A stretch of 63,977 nt of DNA from Octopus bimaculoides. Taxonomy: Eukaryota. Shown here in pieces: positions 50,641-63,977 of this stretch (within the stretch, counting starts at the first letter, position 1; each line of letters begins with the position of its first letter). Location: assembly GCF_001194135.2 (NCBI RefSeq), contig NC_069009.1:961643-1025619 (forward strand), read 5' to 3'. A program made the translations under genes and the position numbers. The notes under the pieces were generated by a model. That model was not told the DNA's origin, did not search any database, and worked only from the letters and a program-made list of their open reading frames with translations.

Positions 50641-53600
50641 CTGCCTTTGCTTCAATTAATTTTGGAAATAATGAGGAATTTAGTAAAATAACTACATTGT
50701 CATTTAGCTGTTGTTTGCAATATAAATTAACCTGAAATTTTAATGAATGGCATGGCTGTGTGGTAGGAAATTTGCTTCCCAACCACATGGTTCTGGGTTC
50801 AGTCCCACTGTATGGCAACTTGGGTATGTATCTTAAAAGAAGCCCATCATATATATGCATGTGTGTGTGTGTGTGTGTTTGTCCTCCACCACTAATTGAC
50901 AACTAGTGCTGGTCTGTTTATGTCCTCATTCACAAATGAGCTTTTTGACAAAAGAGACGGGGCCCTGAAAAAGTAAGTGCTGGGGTGCCCCAGCATGGCC
51001 ACTGACTAATGACTGAAACAAGTAAGGGATAAATGATGTGCTGGTGATGCCAACATTGCCTTTGATCTGCATGAGAGAACGGAACAGTTAAACACACAGA
51101 CACACACACACACAAACACACACACAGAAAAACACACACACAGAAAAACACACACACAGAAAAAAACACACACACACACACACAGAAACACACACACAAA
51201 CACACATCTAGAGAGAGAGAGAATCAACAGAAGATGAGATTCAGAGACGCTCAATACAGGCTATTCCACAATTAACTATCTATTTCAATGAAATCAAGCA
51301 AATTTTTAAAGAACTGACAAAATTTTATGCTTATTACTTATGGTACCAACGCAAATTTTACATCACAACTTTATTGAAAATTTTCAACATGTATTCCTGA
51401 AAAATTCAAATCTATCATCTGCATTGCTAAACACATTTGGAAATATTTCAGGAGTTACCTTCTGCATGGCTAACTAAATGCATTCTTTAAGTTCAGCTGA
51501 ACTATTGTTTCATCCGGGAGACGGAAATAGAGAAAATGACTGCAGGGAAATTGAGAAAAGCTGTCACGAAGAGATAAGGAATGAAAATAAAATTATTAAC
51601 AAAATTATAAATTTAATCACTTAACATAGGCACAGGAGTGGCTGTGTATTAAATAGCTTGTTTACCAACCACCTGGTTCCGGGTTCTTTTCCCATTGTGT
51701 GGTACCTCGGGAAAGTGTCTTCTACTATAGCCTCAGGCTGACCAAAGCTTTGTGTGTGAATTTGGTAGAGGGAAACTGAAAGAAGCCCATCATATATATC
51801 TATATATATATGCATGTGTGTGTATATGTTTGTGTGTCTGTGTTTGTTCCCCCAACATCACTTGACAACCGATGGTGGTGCGTTGATGTCCCTGTAACTT
51901 AGCGGTTTGGCAAAAGAGACCGATAGAATAAGTCCTGGGGTCAAAACCACGATCCTATGACCGCAAGTCCACTGCCCTAACCACTGGGCCATTGCGCCTC
52001 CACAAAGGATGAACTAATTATTAAGTAAACATATATTTCAACAAAACATGCACTAAATTGAATTTGATAGGTCTTATAGAGCCTAAACTTAGCATGAAAT
52101 TATTGCATTGATAATGTTGTTTATTCCGTCTCACTACTGTAAACAACATGTGGAGAACCACTACGCAAACTGGGCAGATATTCTTGTACATGTAAATTGT
52201 GTTTTTCTTTGAGAAATATTGGTAAAATTCTGCCAATAAGAAGAGACCATTAAGATTTTATTGAAATAGTGTCATATCTCAGAATTTCATGATTTATTTA
52301 CCTTCACATCTATTAAAAATGTGCCAAAACTCAAGTTTTTGTGGCCTGCTGTTTTGAATTTACCCAAGTCTGTGTCGTATCTTGCTCGACACTGTTATGT
52401 CCTGTATTATAACGGCGTAATTTGCCATCAGCCTGACTGGCCTAAACTGCATGACTGGCTGCAAATCGCATTCCACACATTGTGGCTGTCTACTATTTTT
52501 TAAGATTTTTTTTTTTCTACACACAGTATCATTATTTTATTTTCATTCTCCATTTTTTTTCTGCACATAATCATTATTATTTTTCTGTCGTTTTCATTTT
52601 CTATATAGGACAAAAAAAATTTTTTTTCTTTCAATTTCTTATCATAGAGCAATTACCATAATTTTTTTTCAACACTTAAGTATTATGCAGAATAACAGTA
52701 TGAAACACTGCAAAATCAACCTGTGACCCCTTTTGTAACGCTTTATCCCATTGTCTCTTCGAGTTCTACTTATTCTATTTTAAGCAAAACAAAAGAGACA
52801 CTTCGGATAAAAGGTCATTGTGAGATCACAGGCTGTTCGAGGAAAGAGTTTAAACAAAGACATGAAAATAACAATAATAAGAACACTCAGAGAGCACAAA
52901 CCTCCACCTGTAGTACGTAGTTTGCTTACGAACCACATGGTTCCGGGTTCAGTCACACACACACACACACAATGTGCACAAGCATTACAGTGTTGTCCTC
53001 CACTTTAAACTATTAATATGCCAGCTGCTGCTACTCTTGCCATGTTTTTCTGACCCAATAAAAGCTATAGATTATATTCTGTTTTTTTCCAAAGTTTTTT
53101 ATTACACTGTCTCACTAAGAGAAATTTAATACTAACTGAACCAATTACATTTCATGACTCATATACACACACACACACACACATACACAAAGTGTGCACT
53201 AGCATTAGATTGTTTAAATCCACTTTATACTACGAACTGTCAGCTGCTGCATTTAAAGTCTTGCCTTGTATTTGCCTTGTGTCAATAAAAGTTGTGTTGT
53301 GTTGGCACTCCGTCGCTTATGACGTCGAGGGTTCCAGTTGAGCCGATCAATGGAATTATATATACTGTGTGGCAAAAAGTGAAAATAAAGTGTTCATTTT
53401 TTTTTCCTTTACAACTGAAAGTGTTGGAGATTTCCAAAGAGGTTTGTTTTCTTTCTACAAAATGAAACTTGAAAGTGCATTTCTAAACAATATGAGAACC
53501 GAAATAACAGCCAAATCTCCAACAAACTCTCTTGATACACGCCCACACATATCTGTATGTGATGTACATACAACATAGAAGTTGGCACTCCGTCGCTTAC

Positions 53601-53941
53601 GACGACGAGGGTTCCAGTTGATCCGATCAACGGAACAGCCTGCTCGTGAAATTAACGTGCAAGTGGCTGAGCTCTCCACAGACACGTGTACCCTTAACGT
53701 AGTTCTCGGGGATATTNNNNNNNNNNNNNNNNNNNNNNNNNNNNNNNNNNNNNNNNNNNNNNNNNNNNNNNNNNNNNNNNNNNNNNNNNNNNNNNNNNNN
53801 NNNNNNNNNNNNNNNNNNNNNNNNNNNNNNNNNNNNNNNNNNNNNNNNNNNNNNNNNNNNNNNNNNNNNNNNNNNNNNNNNNNNNNNNNNNNNNNNNNNN
53901 NNNNNNNNNNNNNNNNNNNNNNNNNNNNNNNNNNNNNNNNN

Positions 53942-54363
53942 CGCCCACACATATCTGTATGTGATGTACATACAACATAGAAGTTGGCACTCCGTCGCTT
54001 ACGACGACGAGGGTTCCAGTTGATCCGATCAACGGAACAGCCTGCTCGTGAAATTAACGTGCAAGTGGCTGAGCATTCCACAGACACGTGTACCCTTAAC
54101 GTAGTTCTCAGGGATATTCAGCGTGACACAGTGTGACAAGGCTGACCCTTTGAATTACAGGCACAGCAGAAACAGGAAGAAAGAGTGAGAGAAAGTTGTG
54201 GTGGAAGAGTACAGCAGAGTTCGCCACCGTCCCCTGCCGGAGCCTCGTGGAGCTTTAGGTGTTTTCGCTCAATTAACACTCGCAACGCCTGGTCTGGGAA
54301 TCGAAACAGCGATCCTATGACCGCGAGTCCCCTGCCCTAACCACTGGGCCATTGCGCCTCCAC
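53942..54363 (-). mobile_element. tRNA-headed SINE (third family)
   Basis: Minus-strand head GTGGAGGCGCAATGGCCCAGTGGTTAGGG...GTTTCGATTCCC. Partial copies at 53290-53350 and 53575-53716. Confidence 0.8.
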
Positions 54364-54903
54364 ACTTTGTATTATATTGTGGTAGTATGACAAAATAAGG
54401 TGTCCCCAGAAATAATTCATATCTACATACAATCTGCCAGGAATGTGTTTGATATGAAACATTAAGATATCCAAAGGATTGGGCTGTTAACCGCTAAATT
54501 CTTATCATCATTGGTAGCTTGCCTCACCAAGGTGTCAAGTGATGCCTGTGAGGGCACTTGACTATGTTTTTCTCTTTCTTCTCTTCTCTTCCCCCTATTC
54601 CTTTTTTTTTCTGCTTTCCTTTTCTATTTTTTTTTTGTCTTTCTTTTGTAAAATTTTATATTATGGAAGAATCATGACTATCGTTGAAGGTTTGTATTTT
54701 AATTAGATAAATAAGTTAAAAAAATTAAGCAATGTGTTTGTGGAGCATATGCAGTCGTAGCTGAGTGGTAAGAAGCTTGCTTCTCAACCACATGGTTCCA
54801 GGTTCAGTCCCACTGTGTAACACTTAGGCAAGTGTCGTTTACTATAGCCTCAAGCCGACCATAACCTTGTGAGTGGATTTGGTAGAGGGAATTTGAAAGA
54901 ACC

Positions 54904-54998
54904 CGTGGCTGAAGAGCGCGGCTATCCATGTAAACTGATGCGAATTGCAGGACTCAGTGAACATTGACACCTTGAACGCACATTGCGGCCCCCGGATC
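54904..54998 (+). pseudogene. 5.8S rRNA internal fragment
   Basis: CTGAAGAGCGCGGCT...GCGAATTGCAGGACTCAGTGAACATTGACACCTTGAACGCACATTGCGGCC matches the conserved 5.8S core (GAATTGCAGGAC, GAACGCA). Confidence 0.85.
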
Positions 54999-55566
54999 CC
55001 ATCGTCCCAGCCCCCCGTTTGGTCGAAAGTATAAAAAAGGGCGGTGAGCTGGCAGAAACGTTAGCATGCCTGGCGAAATGCTTAGCGGTATTTCGTGTGC
55101 TGTTATGTTCTGAGTTCAAATTTCGCTGATGTCGACTTTGCCTTTCATCCTTTCGAGGTCGATATAAAACCATGGGGAATTTTCTAGGTCATTTGTGGCC
55201 GAAGGGAGGTCTTTACCCCTTACTATCCTATACACTCTGAAAAGGTATTTATTGAAAACTTTGTAAAAAATACTCATTTTCCTGAAAGTTTCGAGTAAAG
55301 AAAGCAGCCATGTGTGAATNNNNNNNNNNNNNNNNNNNNNNNNNNNNNNNNNNNNNNNNNNNNNNNNNNNNNNNNNNNNNNNNNNNNNNNNNNNNNNNNN
55401 NNNNNNNNNNNNNNNNNNNNNNNNNNNNNNNNNNNNNNNNNNNNNNNNNNNAGAGCGTAGCTCGAAACGTCAAAGACTTTCCGTATTCCCGAGCGTCATA
55501 CTAATATATACTTTTGTTATTTACACCACCTGTCCTCGTCTGTTGTTATTTTTTGTATATTCTCCC

Positions 55567-55598
<32 letters not shown>

Positions 55599-57519
55599 TT
55601 GTGTGTCTGTGTTTGTCCTCCCAACATCGCTTGCTGGTGTGTTTACGTCCCCGTAACTTAGCGGTTCGGCAAAAGACAGTGCGATAGAATAAGTACTAGG
55701 CTTCCAAAGAATAAGTCCTGGGGTCGATTTGCTCGACTATAAAGGCAGTGCTCCAGCATGGCCACAGTCAAATGACTGAAACAAGTAAAAGAGTATTTTC
55801 CTGCAAGTTACGACGCAACGAAATCTGAGGCGAAGGACACGTACGCCCATTTTTTCTATCAATCATTTATTTTTGTAAATATTATTCTCTTTCAGTCTTG
55901 TTATTAACTAAAATAACTCCAATTGCTTCCTGTAAAATCACCACATATTACAGGTACATCTTAGGTCTGAATAAAGAACTCTTTTAATGTAGAGTTACTT
56001 CCCCGCTAACAATTACTGAACTTTTTATCCCGCAATATGTTCCCATTCCCTGCTGTTGATTGATTCTTTTGTATATATAACCGGTTACATCCGTTCAACA
56101 GATAATTAGCTGAGATTTAATTTGATAGACGTGATTGCTAATTAAGTATGTAGAGAGATTATCTACTGCATTCTTTATCACGCTAATCTTAAAAACATAA
56201 CGTCTATAATAAAACCTAGAATTTCTTATGAAGCTGTCATCGATTGCCTTGACTACCTGAATATACTGCGACGTCGTCCTTACCTGATCTAAATATTATC
56301 TGCTTATTGTCCACATTGGATTTATTGCGATACCTTCCTCCTCTACATTGGGTCTATAAATAATACGTAAGTGTTATATATATCCTATTATTCACATCAA
56401 CCTATCTTTTTAATGTGTTCAGTAAATTAAAGGAAAGAAACTGACGGAAATAGATAAATGTAACGAAAATAATTATGTTGTTATAAATATATATAAGGGT
56501 CTCACGTAATGTAAAGTAAATGCGGATTATCAATATTGGATTAACGAAGAGGTTAATCTAAGCAACAACAGAATTCCAGTTGAAGCAGAATTCTGGTTTA
56601 ATCCCTCATAACTTTTTTACCTTTTAAATTTTCAGAAAATGTTTGTAAATTTGTGTTTTACACACGGGGATTCTTACGACTATAGGAAAAACAAAAAATA
56701 ATTGTGTGTGATTTAAGGGTTATTTAGCTGTTGTTTTTTGCACATCTCATTACCACCTGATACACTCCTGGTTTCTCACCCTGACGTATTGATGTTTTTC
56801 AATATTTTCTCTCCGTTTGTCTTCAGAGTTCTGAGTTCAAATTCCGCTGAGGTCGACTTTGCCTTTCATCCTTTCGGGGTCGATAAATTAAGTACCAGTT
56901 GCGTACTGGGGTCGGTCTAATCGACTGACGTCCGTTCCCCAAACATTTCGGACCTTGTGCCTAGAGTGGAAAAGAATATTTTCTCCCCATAAATATTATT
57001 ATATGACGGCGCATGGCTTAGTGGTTAAGGGCGTTGCACTCACGATCTAGCGATCGTGATTTCGATTCCTAGACCGGGTAGCGCATAGTGTTCTTGAGCA
57101 AAGCATTTAATCACATGTTGCTTGATATCTGCCGCTTGGTACATAGTGCCCCTGTTCAGACAACATCAATCTTATGGAGAGAGAGAGAGAGAGAAAGTTA
57201 GCTAATGTGCACTATTAACATTAATAATAAATGCGCCTATAGGAAAGTGGTTATACACCATTAGGTGTACACCTGCTTTCCTATATTAAATTCTAAATAA
57301 CAACGTAACGCTGACTCCGATCTGTGAACACAACAATATTTATTTATGGTGAAAATAGGCAACCTTAAATTGTCTGGTTGCTGAGACGCCTTCTGTGAGA
57401 GAGCATGGTTGCTGAGACGCCGGAATGTTAATGTGAGCTGTCCCCAGAGTTGGAAAGATGGAGAGACAGCTTGGTACGACCACGCTCAATGAGAGAGCTT
57501 GTTGGACCCGTCTTGCTTC

Positions 57520-57700
57520 TTCGCAGGCTGGCGAGAAAAGAGAATGAAAAAAGCGGGAACGCTTAGATGTTGAACTCCACGCATGCGTGGATAAAAACGC
57601 AGTAATGGCGACTGTACCTTTGGCGCCATATGACGTCACTACACGTCCTTTTAAAGCCTAGCCGGTTTCAATGGCGTATGTGTCCCCTGGCTGGACGGGA
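57520..57700 (+). promoter_or_regulatory. CpG-enriched candidate promoter of ZF6
   Basis: 16-bp palindrome TCCACGCATGCGTGGA (57576-57591), CRE TGACGTCA (57631-57638) and ATGGCG (YY1-like) cores. Confidence 0.4.
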
Positions 57701-60093
57701 CACCAGTCCANNNNNNNNNNATGGCGACTGTACCTTTGGCGCCATATGACGTCACTACACGTCCTTTTAAAGCCTAGCCGGTTTCAATGGCGTATGTGTC
57801 CCCTGGCTGGACGGGACACCAGTCCATCGCAGCGTTACTCAGTTTTGCCAGCTGAGTGGACTGGAGCAACGTGAAATGAAGCGTTTTGCTCAAGAACACA
57901 ACGCGTCGCCTGGCCCAGGAATCGAGACCACAATCTTACAATCATGGTGCTGACACCCTAACCAGTAAGCCACGCGCCTCCACAGCACTAACATTGGATC
58001 ACTATAATGAAATTAGTTGTGCAGGTCGTTCGGCAAAAACTTAACGCTCAGACGTCGTCTTTCACAAGGGAGCCCATCAGTGGTGGTGGTAGTAGTAACA
58101 GTAGTAGTAGTAGTAGTGTGTATGCGCGCACACACAAACTTTAAGTGTAGGAGTACATTAGAAAAATTCTATTCTTTAGATAGAGGTTTTATTTCTACAG
58201 TTAATAAAGTCTCCATTACTGTGTCTTCATATTAAGTGTCCTCTTATGGCATTTGGTTTTATTTCTGTTTGTAGGTAAATCACAAATCTACCATGCATGC
58301 AGTCCCCAAAGTTCCAGAAAGTTCTTTCAGCGATAGCCTTACAAACAGACACATTGAGAATGTAAAACCAAAGGAAATTGGGACCTGTTTTCTTCATAGT
58401 CCTTGGCAAATTCTCTAATAGCTGATTTTACAGTTCTATACCAACTTGGTGATGGATGAAGAACCAACGCAGTCATATGTTTTTGCAGCGATGTACGAGA
58501 CTAGCTTAATCATCATTTAAACTGTGGAACAAAAGTCTTATTATTTTAGTCTTTGGTCAGTAAGTGTTATTTCCTGTTTGTTTCTCTTTAGAGAGCAAAG
58601 GAAATTACTACTATTCCCTTCACACTTTATTTTGGTGATGTGGACATCAATGTTTTGAAATTGACCTGTTTTTCCTCATATTTCAGACAGATTCAATGCT
58701 GAGTTTTTGAAGCAGGAATATTGTTGCAATTATACTGCTTATTACCACAGTTTGTTTGTCATTTCCTTGACTTGAGCAAATCTCTTAGTGACTAACAATC
58801 TGTGATAACGAGCAAGAGAGTAGTGGGGGAGTGCCATAGTTATGTGTTTAGAGGGATTATTTGCGGTTTGAATAAATATCATTACAAAAGAAAAGTTTGA
58901 AGGAGATATTAGCTATTTTTCATACTTTCTAGGAAATAACAATTGCTACTCAAGGACAAAAATTGTGTTGAAGACCTTCAACTCCTCTCAAATACAATGT
59001 CCATATAAGATGGACTCTTGATTTTCATGAAGCCTTGTTAAAAATGTAGTAATAAATGTTGTATATAAATGAACACCAAGTCTTTGTCATAACCAATGCT
59101 ACACTCTATCTTAAACTGTTGTTTCTCTATCATTTCAGAATATCAGAGGACATTGGCATCAGAGAAATCTTACATCAGAAGCGTCATCAATAATCATTAT
59201 ATTTTGAAGACAGTGTTATGCAGAACTGGATGTAACAACCCTGTTTATGTAAATTAATTGTGGATTACAGTAAAATATTTCCTCTGAGGTACATTATTGG
59301 TGAAATTTCTTGGATTCACTCTGAAATGGGTACAACCTAAATTTGAATTCTGAATAAACTTGGATAAATTTGTAAAGACGTTTGCAACATCTTAAAGATA
59401 TCAGTAAAGCTTATATTTGNNNNNNNNNNNNNNNNNNNNNNNNNNNNNNNNNNNNNNNNNNNNNNNNNNNNNNNNNNNNNNNNNNNNNNNNNNNNNNNNN
59501 NNNNNNNNNNNNNNNNNNNNNNNNNNNNNNNNNNNNNNNNNNNNNNNNNNNNNNNNNNNNNNNNNNNNNNNNNNNNNNNNNNNNNNNNNNNNNNNNNNNN
59601 NNNNNNNNNNNNNNNNNNNNNNNNNNNNNNNNNNNNNNNNNNNNNNNNNNNNNNNNNNNNNNNNNNNNNNNNNNNNNNNNNNNNNNNNNNNNNNNNNNNN
59701 NNNNNNNNNNNNNNNNNNNNNNNNNNNNNNNNNNNNNNNNNNNNNNNNNNNNNNNNNNNNNNNNNNNNNNNNNNNNNNNNNNNNNNNNNNNNNNNNNNNN
59801 NNNNNNNNNNNNNNNNNNNNNNNNNNNNNNNNNNNNNNNNNNNNNNNNNNNNNNNNNNNNNNNNNNNNNNNNNNNNNNNNNNNNNNNNNNNNNNNNNNNN
59901 NNNNNNNNNNNNNNNNNNNNNNNNNNNNNNNNNNNNNNNNNNNNNNNNNNNNNNNNNNNNNNNNNNNNNNNNNNNNNNNNNNNNNNNNNNNNNNNNNNNN
60001 NNNNNNNNNNNNNNNNNNNNNNNNNNNNNNNNNNNNNNNNNNNNNNNNNNNNNNNNNNNNNNNNNNNNNNNNNNNNNNNNNNNNNNNNNNNNT

Positions 60094-62163
60094 GGTAAAT
60101 CTTTCTCTCTGTTGAATACCTTAAACGTTCATAAAAATATTCATATAGGAGAGAAACCGTACCATTGTGACATATGTGGTGAATCATTTTCTAGAAAGAA
60201 CACCTTAACTGCTCATAAACGCATTCATACAGGTGAGACACCATATCATTGTGATACCTGTGGGAAATCATTTCCTCACAGAAATACCTTAACTGAACAC
60301 AAACGTATTCATACTGGAGAGAAGCCATACCACTGTAATATCTGTGGTAAATCATTCTCTCAAAAATCTATTTTGGCTATCCACATGCATATCCATACAG
60401 GTGAGAAGCCATATCACTGTGATGTCTGTGGTAAATCTTTCTCTCAAAACCCCCATTTAAGTGCACACAAGCGCATCCATACAGGAGAGAAACCATATCA
60501 TTGTGATATCTGTGGTAAATCATTTACTCACAAAAATACCTTATCTAACCACAAACCTACTCATACAGGTGAGAGGAAATACCATTGTGATATATGTGGT
60601 AAATCATTCTCTCGTAATGATCTCTTAAGTGTACATAAACGTATTCATACAGGAGAGAGACCATATCACTGTGATATCTGTGGTAAATCATTCAGTCGTA
60701 GTCACCACTTAACTGCTCACAAACATATTCATACTGGAGAGCAGCCATATCACTGTGATATCTGTGGTAAATCATTCTCTCACAGAAGTACCATGGCTGT
60801 ACACAAACATGTTCATTCAGGATTGAAACTATATCACTGTGATATCTGTGGTAAACCATTCTCTCAAAGTAGTAAAGTTACTCTTCACAAACGCATTCAT
60901 ACAGGAGAGAAGCCATACCACTGTGATATGTGCAGTAAATCGTTTTCTTATAAAACAAATTTAACCAATCATAAACGTACTCATACAGGTGAGAAGCCCT
61001 TTCACTGTGATAATTGTGGTAAATCTTTCTCTTACAAAACTAATTTAACTATCCACAGACGCACTCATACAGGAGAGAAACTATATCACTGTGACACCTG
61101 TGGTAAATCATTCTCTCACAAAAATACTCTAACTCTGCACAAACAGACTCATACGGGAGAGAAACTATATCGCTGTGATGTCTGTGGTAAATCATTCTCC
61201 CAGAGTGGTAAAGTAACTCTTCACAAACGCATTCATACAGGAGAGAAACCATATCACTGTGATATATGTGGTAAATCATTTTCTTACAGAACTAATTTAG
61301 CTACCCATAAACGTATTCATACAGGTGAGAAACCATATCAGTGTGACAACTGTGATAAATCTTTCTCTTGCAAAAGTAATTTAACTCTTCACAAACGTAC
61401 TCATACAGGTGAGAAACCACACCACTGTGATATCTGTGGTAAATCATTTGCTCACAGAAGTTCTATAACAGTACACAAACGTACCCATACAGGAGAGAAA
61501 CCGTATCACTGTGATATCTGTAGTAAATCATTCTCTCGAAACGGTGACTTAGCTACTCACAAACTTGTTCATACAGGTGAGAAACCATATCAGTGTGACA
61601 TCTGTTATAAATCATTCTCCGTGAGAGTTAACTTAGCTAAACACAAACGTATTCATACAGGAGAGAAACCATATTGCTGTGATACTTGTGGAAAATCATT
61701 TTCCCAAAAGGAGCATTTAACTAAACACAAACTTACTCATACAGGAGAGAAGCCACATCATTGTGATATCTGTGGTAAATCATTCACTCACAGAAGTGCT
61801 GTAACTGTACATAAACGTACTCATACAGGAGAGAAACCATATCACTGTGATATCTGTAGTAAATCATTCTCTCGAAGTGGTGACTTATCCACTCACAAAT
61901 TTATCCATACAGGTGAGAAACCTCACCACTGTGATATCTGTGGTAAATCATTCTCTGTAAAAGTTAACTTAACTAAACACAAACGTATTCATACAGGTGA
62001 AAAGCCATATCACTGTGATATCTGCAATAAATCATTCACTCAAAAGGGACATTTAAGTAGACACAAATGTATTCATTCAGGAGTGAAACCACATCATTGT
62101 GACACCTGTGGTGAATCATTCTCTGAAATAGATCACTTGACTACTCACAGACTCATTCATTAG
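60094..62163 (+). CDS. C2H2 zinc-finger protein ZF6 (24 complete fingers plus one partial; 5' part in gap)
   Basis: The frame is open from the gap edge and ends [12 protein letters not shown] as in ZF2. The leader at 59340-59419 matches the ZF2 leader at 6820-6898. Confidence 0.93.
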   Translation, partial: GKSFSLLNTLNVHKNIHIGEKPYHCDICGESFSRKNTLTAHKRIHTGETPYHCDTCGKSFPHRNTLTEHKRIHTGEKPYHCNICGKSFSQKSILAIHMHIHTGEKPYHCDVCGKSFSQNPHLSAHKRIHTGEKPYHCDICGKSFTHKNTLSNHKPTHTGERKYHCDICGKSFSRNDLLSVHKRIHTGERPYHCDICGKSFSRSHHLTAHKHIHTGEQPYHCDICGKSFSHRSTMAVHKHVHSGLKLYHCDICGKPFSQSSKVTLHKRIHTGEKPYHCDMCSKSFSYKTNLTNHKRTHTGEKPFHCDNCGKSFSYKTNLTIHRRTHTGEKLYHCDTCGKSFSHKNTLTLHKQTHTGEKLYRCDVCGKSFSQSGKVTLHKRIHTGEKPYHCDICGKSFSYRTNLATHKRIHTGEKPYQCDNCDKSFSCKSNLTLHKRTHTGEKPHHCDICGKSFAHRSSITVHKRTHTGEKPYHCDICSKSFSRNGDLATHKLVHTGEKPYQCDICYKSFSVRVNLAKHKRIHTGEKPYCCDTCGKSFSQKEHLTKHKLTHTGEKPHHCDICGKSFTHRSAVTVHKRTHTGEKPYHCDICSKSFSRSGDLSTHKFIHTGEKPHHCDICGKSFSVKVNLTKHKRIHTGEKPYHCDICNKSFTQKGHLSRHKCIHSGVKPHHCDTCGESFSEIDHLTTHRLIH

Positions 62164-62364
62164 GAGAGAAACCATGTCATTGGGATAAGTTGCTAATCCT
62201 ATATGTTTTTATATATACTCACCAATATCTACCATTCTGATATTTTTAATAAAATCTGTTCTTTCATGATATTCATATATATTCCATTAAAGATATTTTC
62301 TGAATGAATAAAAAAATACTATTTATGTTTGTCATTATGTGTATGATAGATGAGGAATGTATAT

Positions 62365-63190
62365 TCATGGACTGGCTCTTGTGCGGGTGACACATGAAAT
62401 GTTTCGAGCGGGATCGTTGCCAGTGCCCCTGGACTGGCTCATGTGCAGGCGACACATGAAATCTTTCGAGCGAGATTGTTGCCGGTGCCCCTGGGCTGTC
62501 TCTTGTGCGGGTGACACATGAGGTTTTTCGAGCGAGATCGTTGCCGATGCCCCCGAGCGAGATGAGCGTGGCCGTTGCCAGTACCGCCTGACTGGCCTTC
62601 GTGCGGGTGACACGTAAAAGCACCCACTACACTCTCTGAGTGGTTGGCATTAGGAAGGGCATCCAGCTGTAGAAACTCTGCCAAATCAGATTGGAGCCTG
62701 GTGTAGCCATCTGGTTTCACCAGTCCTCAGTCAAATCGTCCAACCCGTGCTAGCATGGAAAGCGGACGTNNNNNNNNNNTTGTGCGGGTGACACATGAAA
62801 TGTTTCGAGCGGGATCGTTGCCAGTGCCCCTGGACTGGCTCATGTGCAGGCGACACATGAAATCTTTCGAGCGAGATTGTTGCCGGTGCCCCTGGGCTGT
62901 CTCTTGTGCGGGTGACACATGAGGTTTTTCGAGCGAGATCGTTGCCGATGCCCCCGAGCGAGATGAGCGTGGCCGTTGCCAGTACCGCCTGACTGGCCTT
63001 CGTGCGGGTGACACGTAAAAGCACCCACTACACTCTCTGAGTGGTTGGCATTAGGAAGGGCATCCAGCTGTAGAAACTCTGCCAAATCAGATTGGAGCCT
63101 GGTGTAGCCATCTGGTTTCACCAGTCCTCAGTCAAATCGTCCAACCCGTGCTAGCATGGAAAGCGGACGTTAAACGACGACGACGACGAC
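62365..63190 (+). mobile_element. (GAC/GAT)n-tailed SINE with about 62-bp internal tandem repeats, present twice across a 10-N gap
   Basis: ACTGGCTCTTGTGCGGGTGACACATGAAATGTTTCGAGCGGGATCGTTGCCAGTGCCCCTGG x3. The two copies are essentially identical, probably an assembly duplication. Confidence 0.8.
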
Positions 63191-63977
63191 AGTGATAAAA
63201 TTACCTCAGAGGACATTATGCTAGAAATATATATGTGCAAACCATAAAAGATGAAATGCAGTTTGGCTCTGTCTGAGGAAACACTACTGACACTATTTTC
63301 ATAGGCAACTGCAAAAGAACTGCTTAGCTAAGTATAAAGTATTATATGTAGCATTGGTTGGTACGAAGAAAGCCTTTGATAGAATATCCCGCTATGTGAT
63401 ATGGTGGGCTCTGAGGAGGTTATGAATAGATAAGTGGCTCGTGAAAGCTGTACAGACCATGTACAAAAAGGTTGTCAGTAAGGTGAGAATCACGAGTACA
63501 GCGAGGCTATAGTAGAAGACACTTGCCCAAGGTGCCACGCAGTGGGAATGAACCTGGAACCATGTGGTTGGTAAGCAAGATACTTACCACACAGCCACTC
63601 CTGCGCCTTATAAGTAAGTTATAAGTGACGGATTTATCAATATATATTCCTACTTTGAAAGTAAAATATATTTATTACCTATTTCTAAATAGGAAACATA
63701 TAAAAATAGTGTTACACAAACAGTAACCAAACCGGCTATAGGGGCTTGATATTTCTTCGCTTGCTGTTTCAGGGGAAATTAACGCATGCGCAATCGGACC
63801 TGTCTAATTTGAAAAACACAAAACATTTAGCTGTTATTTCTAGCATATCTATTTTTCTGTTGAAGGCTTCATATTTTTTCGCCTTGTTCCAGAAGTAATC
63901 AATGCATGAGCAAACGATCATATCAGCTATCTTTCGATATGATGTGATATCATATCGTAAGATAGCCATCATATCCA

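Noticed and set aside
53541-54110. Apparent tandem duplications flanking gaps (also 10215/10611, 42823/42894, 57600/57721, 62380/62780)
   Set aside because: Near-identical sequence on both sides of short N runs is typical of unmerged contig overlaps.
57005-57080. tRNA-like sequence
   Set aside because: No complete cloverleaf, and it continues into a SINE core found elsewhere in the window.
62365-63190. Regular about 62-bp repeats resembling a CRISPR array
   Set aside because: No unique spacers, no cas genes, eukaryotic context; they are internal SINE repeats.

Overview
Gappy, AT-rich eukaryotic scaffold. The dense C2H2 cluster and SINE landscape suggest an Octopus-like coleoid cephalopod (inference). 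It holds six polydactyl C2H2 zinc-finger (ZF) genes (five minus, one plus) with no visible effector domain, one divergent histone H3/H4 pair with 3' stem-loops, two 5S-like and one 5.8S-like rRNA pseudogenes, many tRNA-headed SINEs and MITEs, and fragments of Gypsy, R4/Dong, Penelope and a DNA transposase. The most striking element is not captured as a gene by the ORF track because it is split into small exons: a family of tiny signal peptide + single non-canonical Ig-like domain + GPI-signal-like proteins. It has two complete 4-exon genes in inverted orientation (29931-33776 +, 48067-43962 -), an orphan leader cassette (26295-27192 +) and an orphan Ig exon (45869-46120 +). The orphan exon lies antisense in the intron of one paralog and carries a TGA at a conserved Trp. 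The window is also organised as nested inverted duplications. Repeat boundaries are approximate and percent identities are hand estimates.
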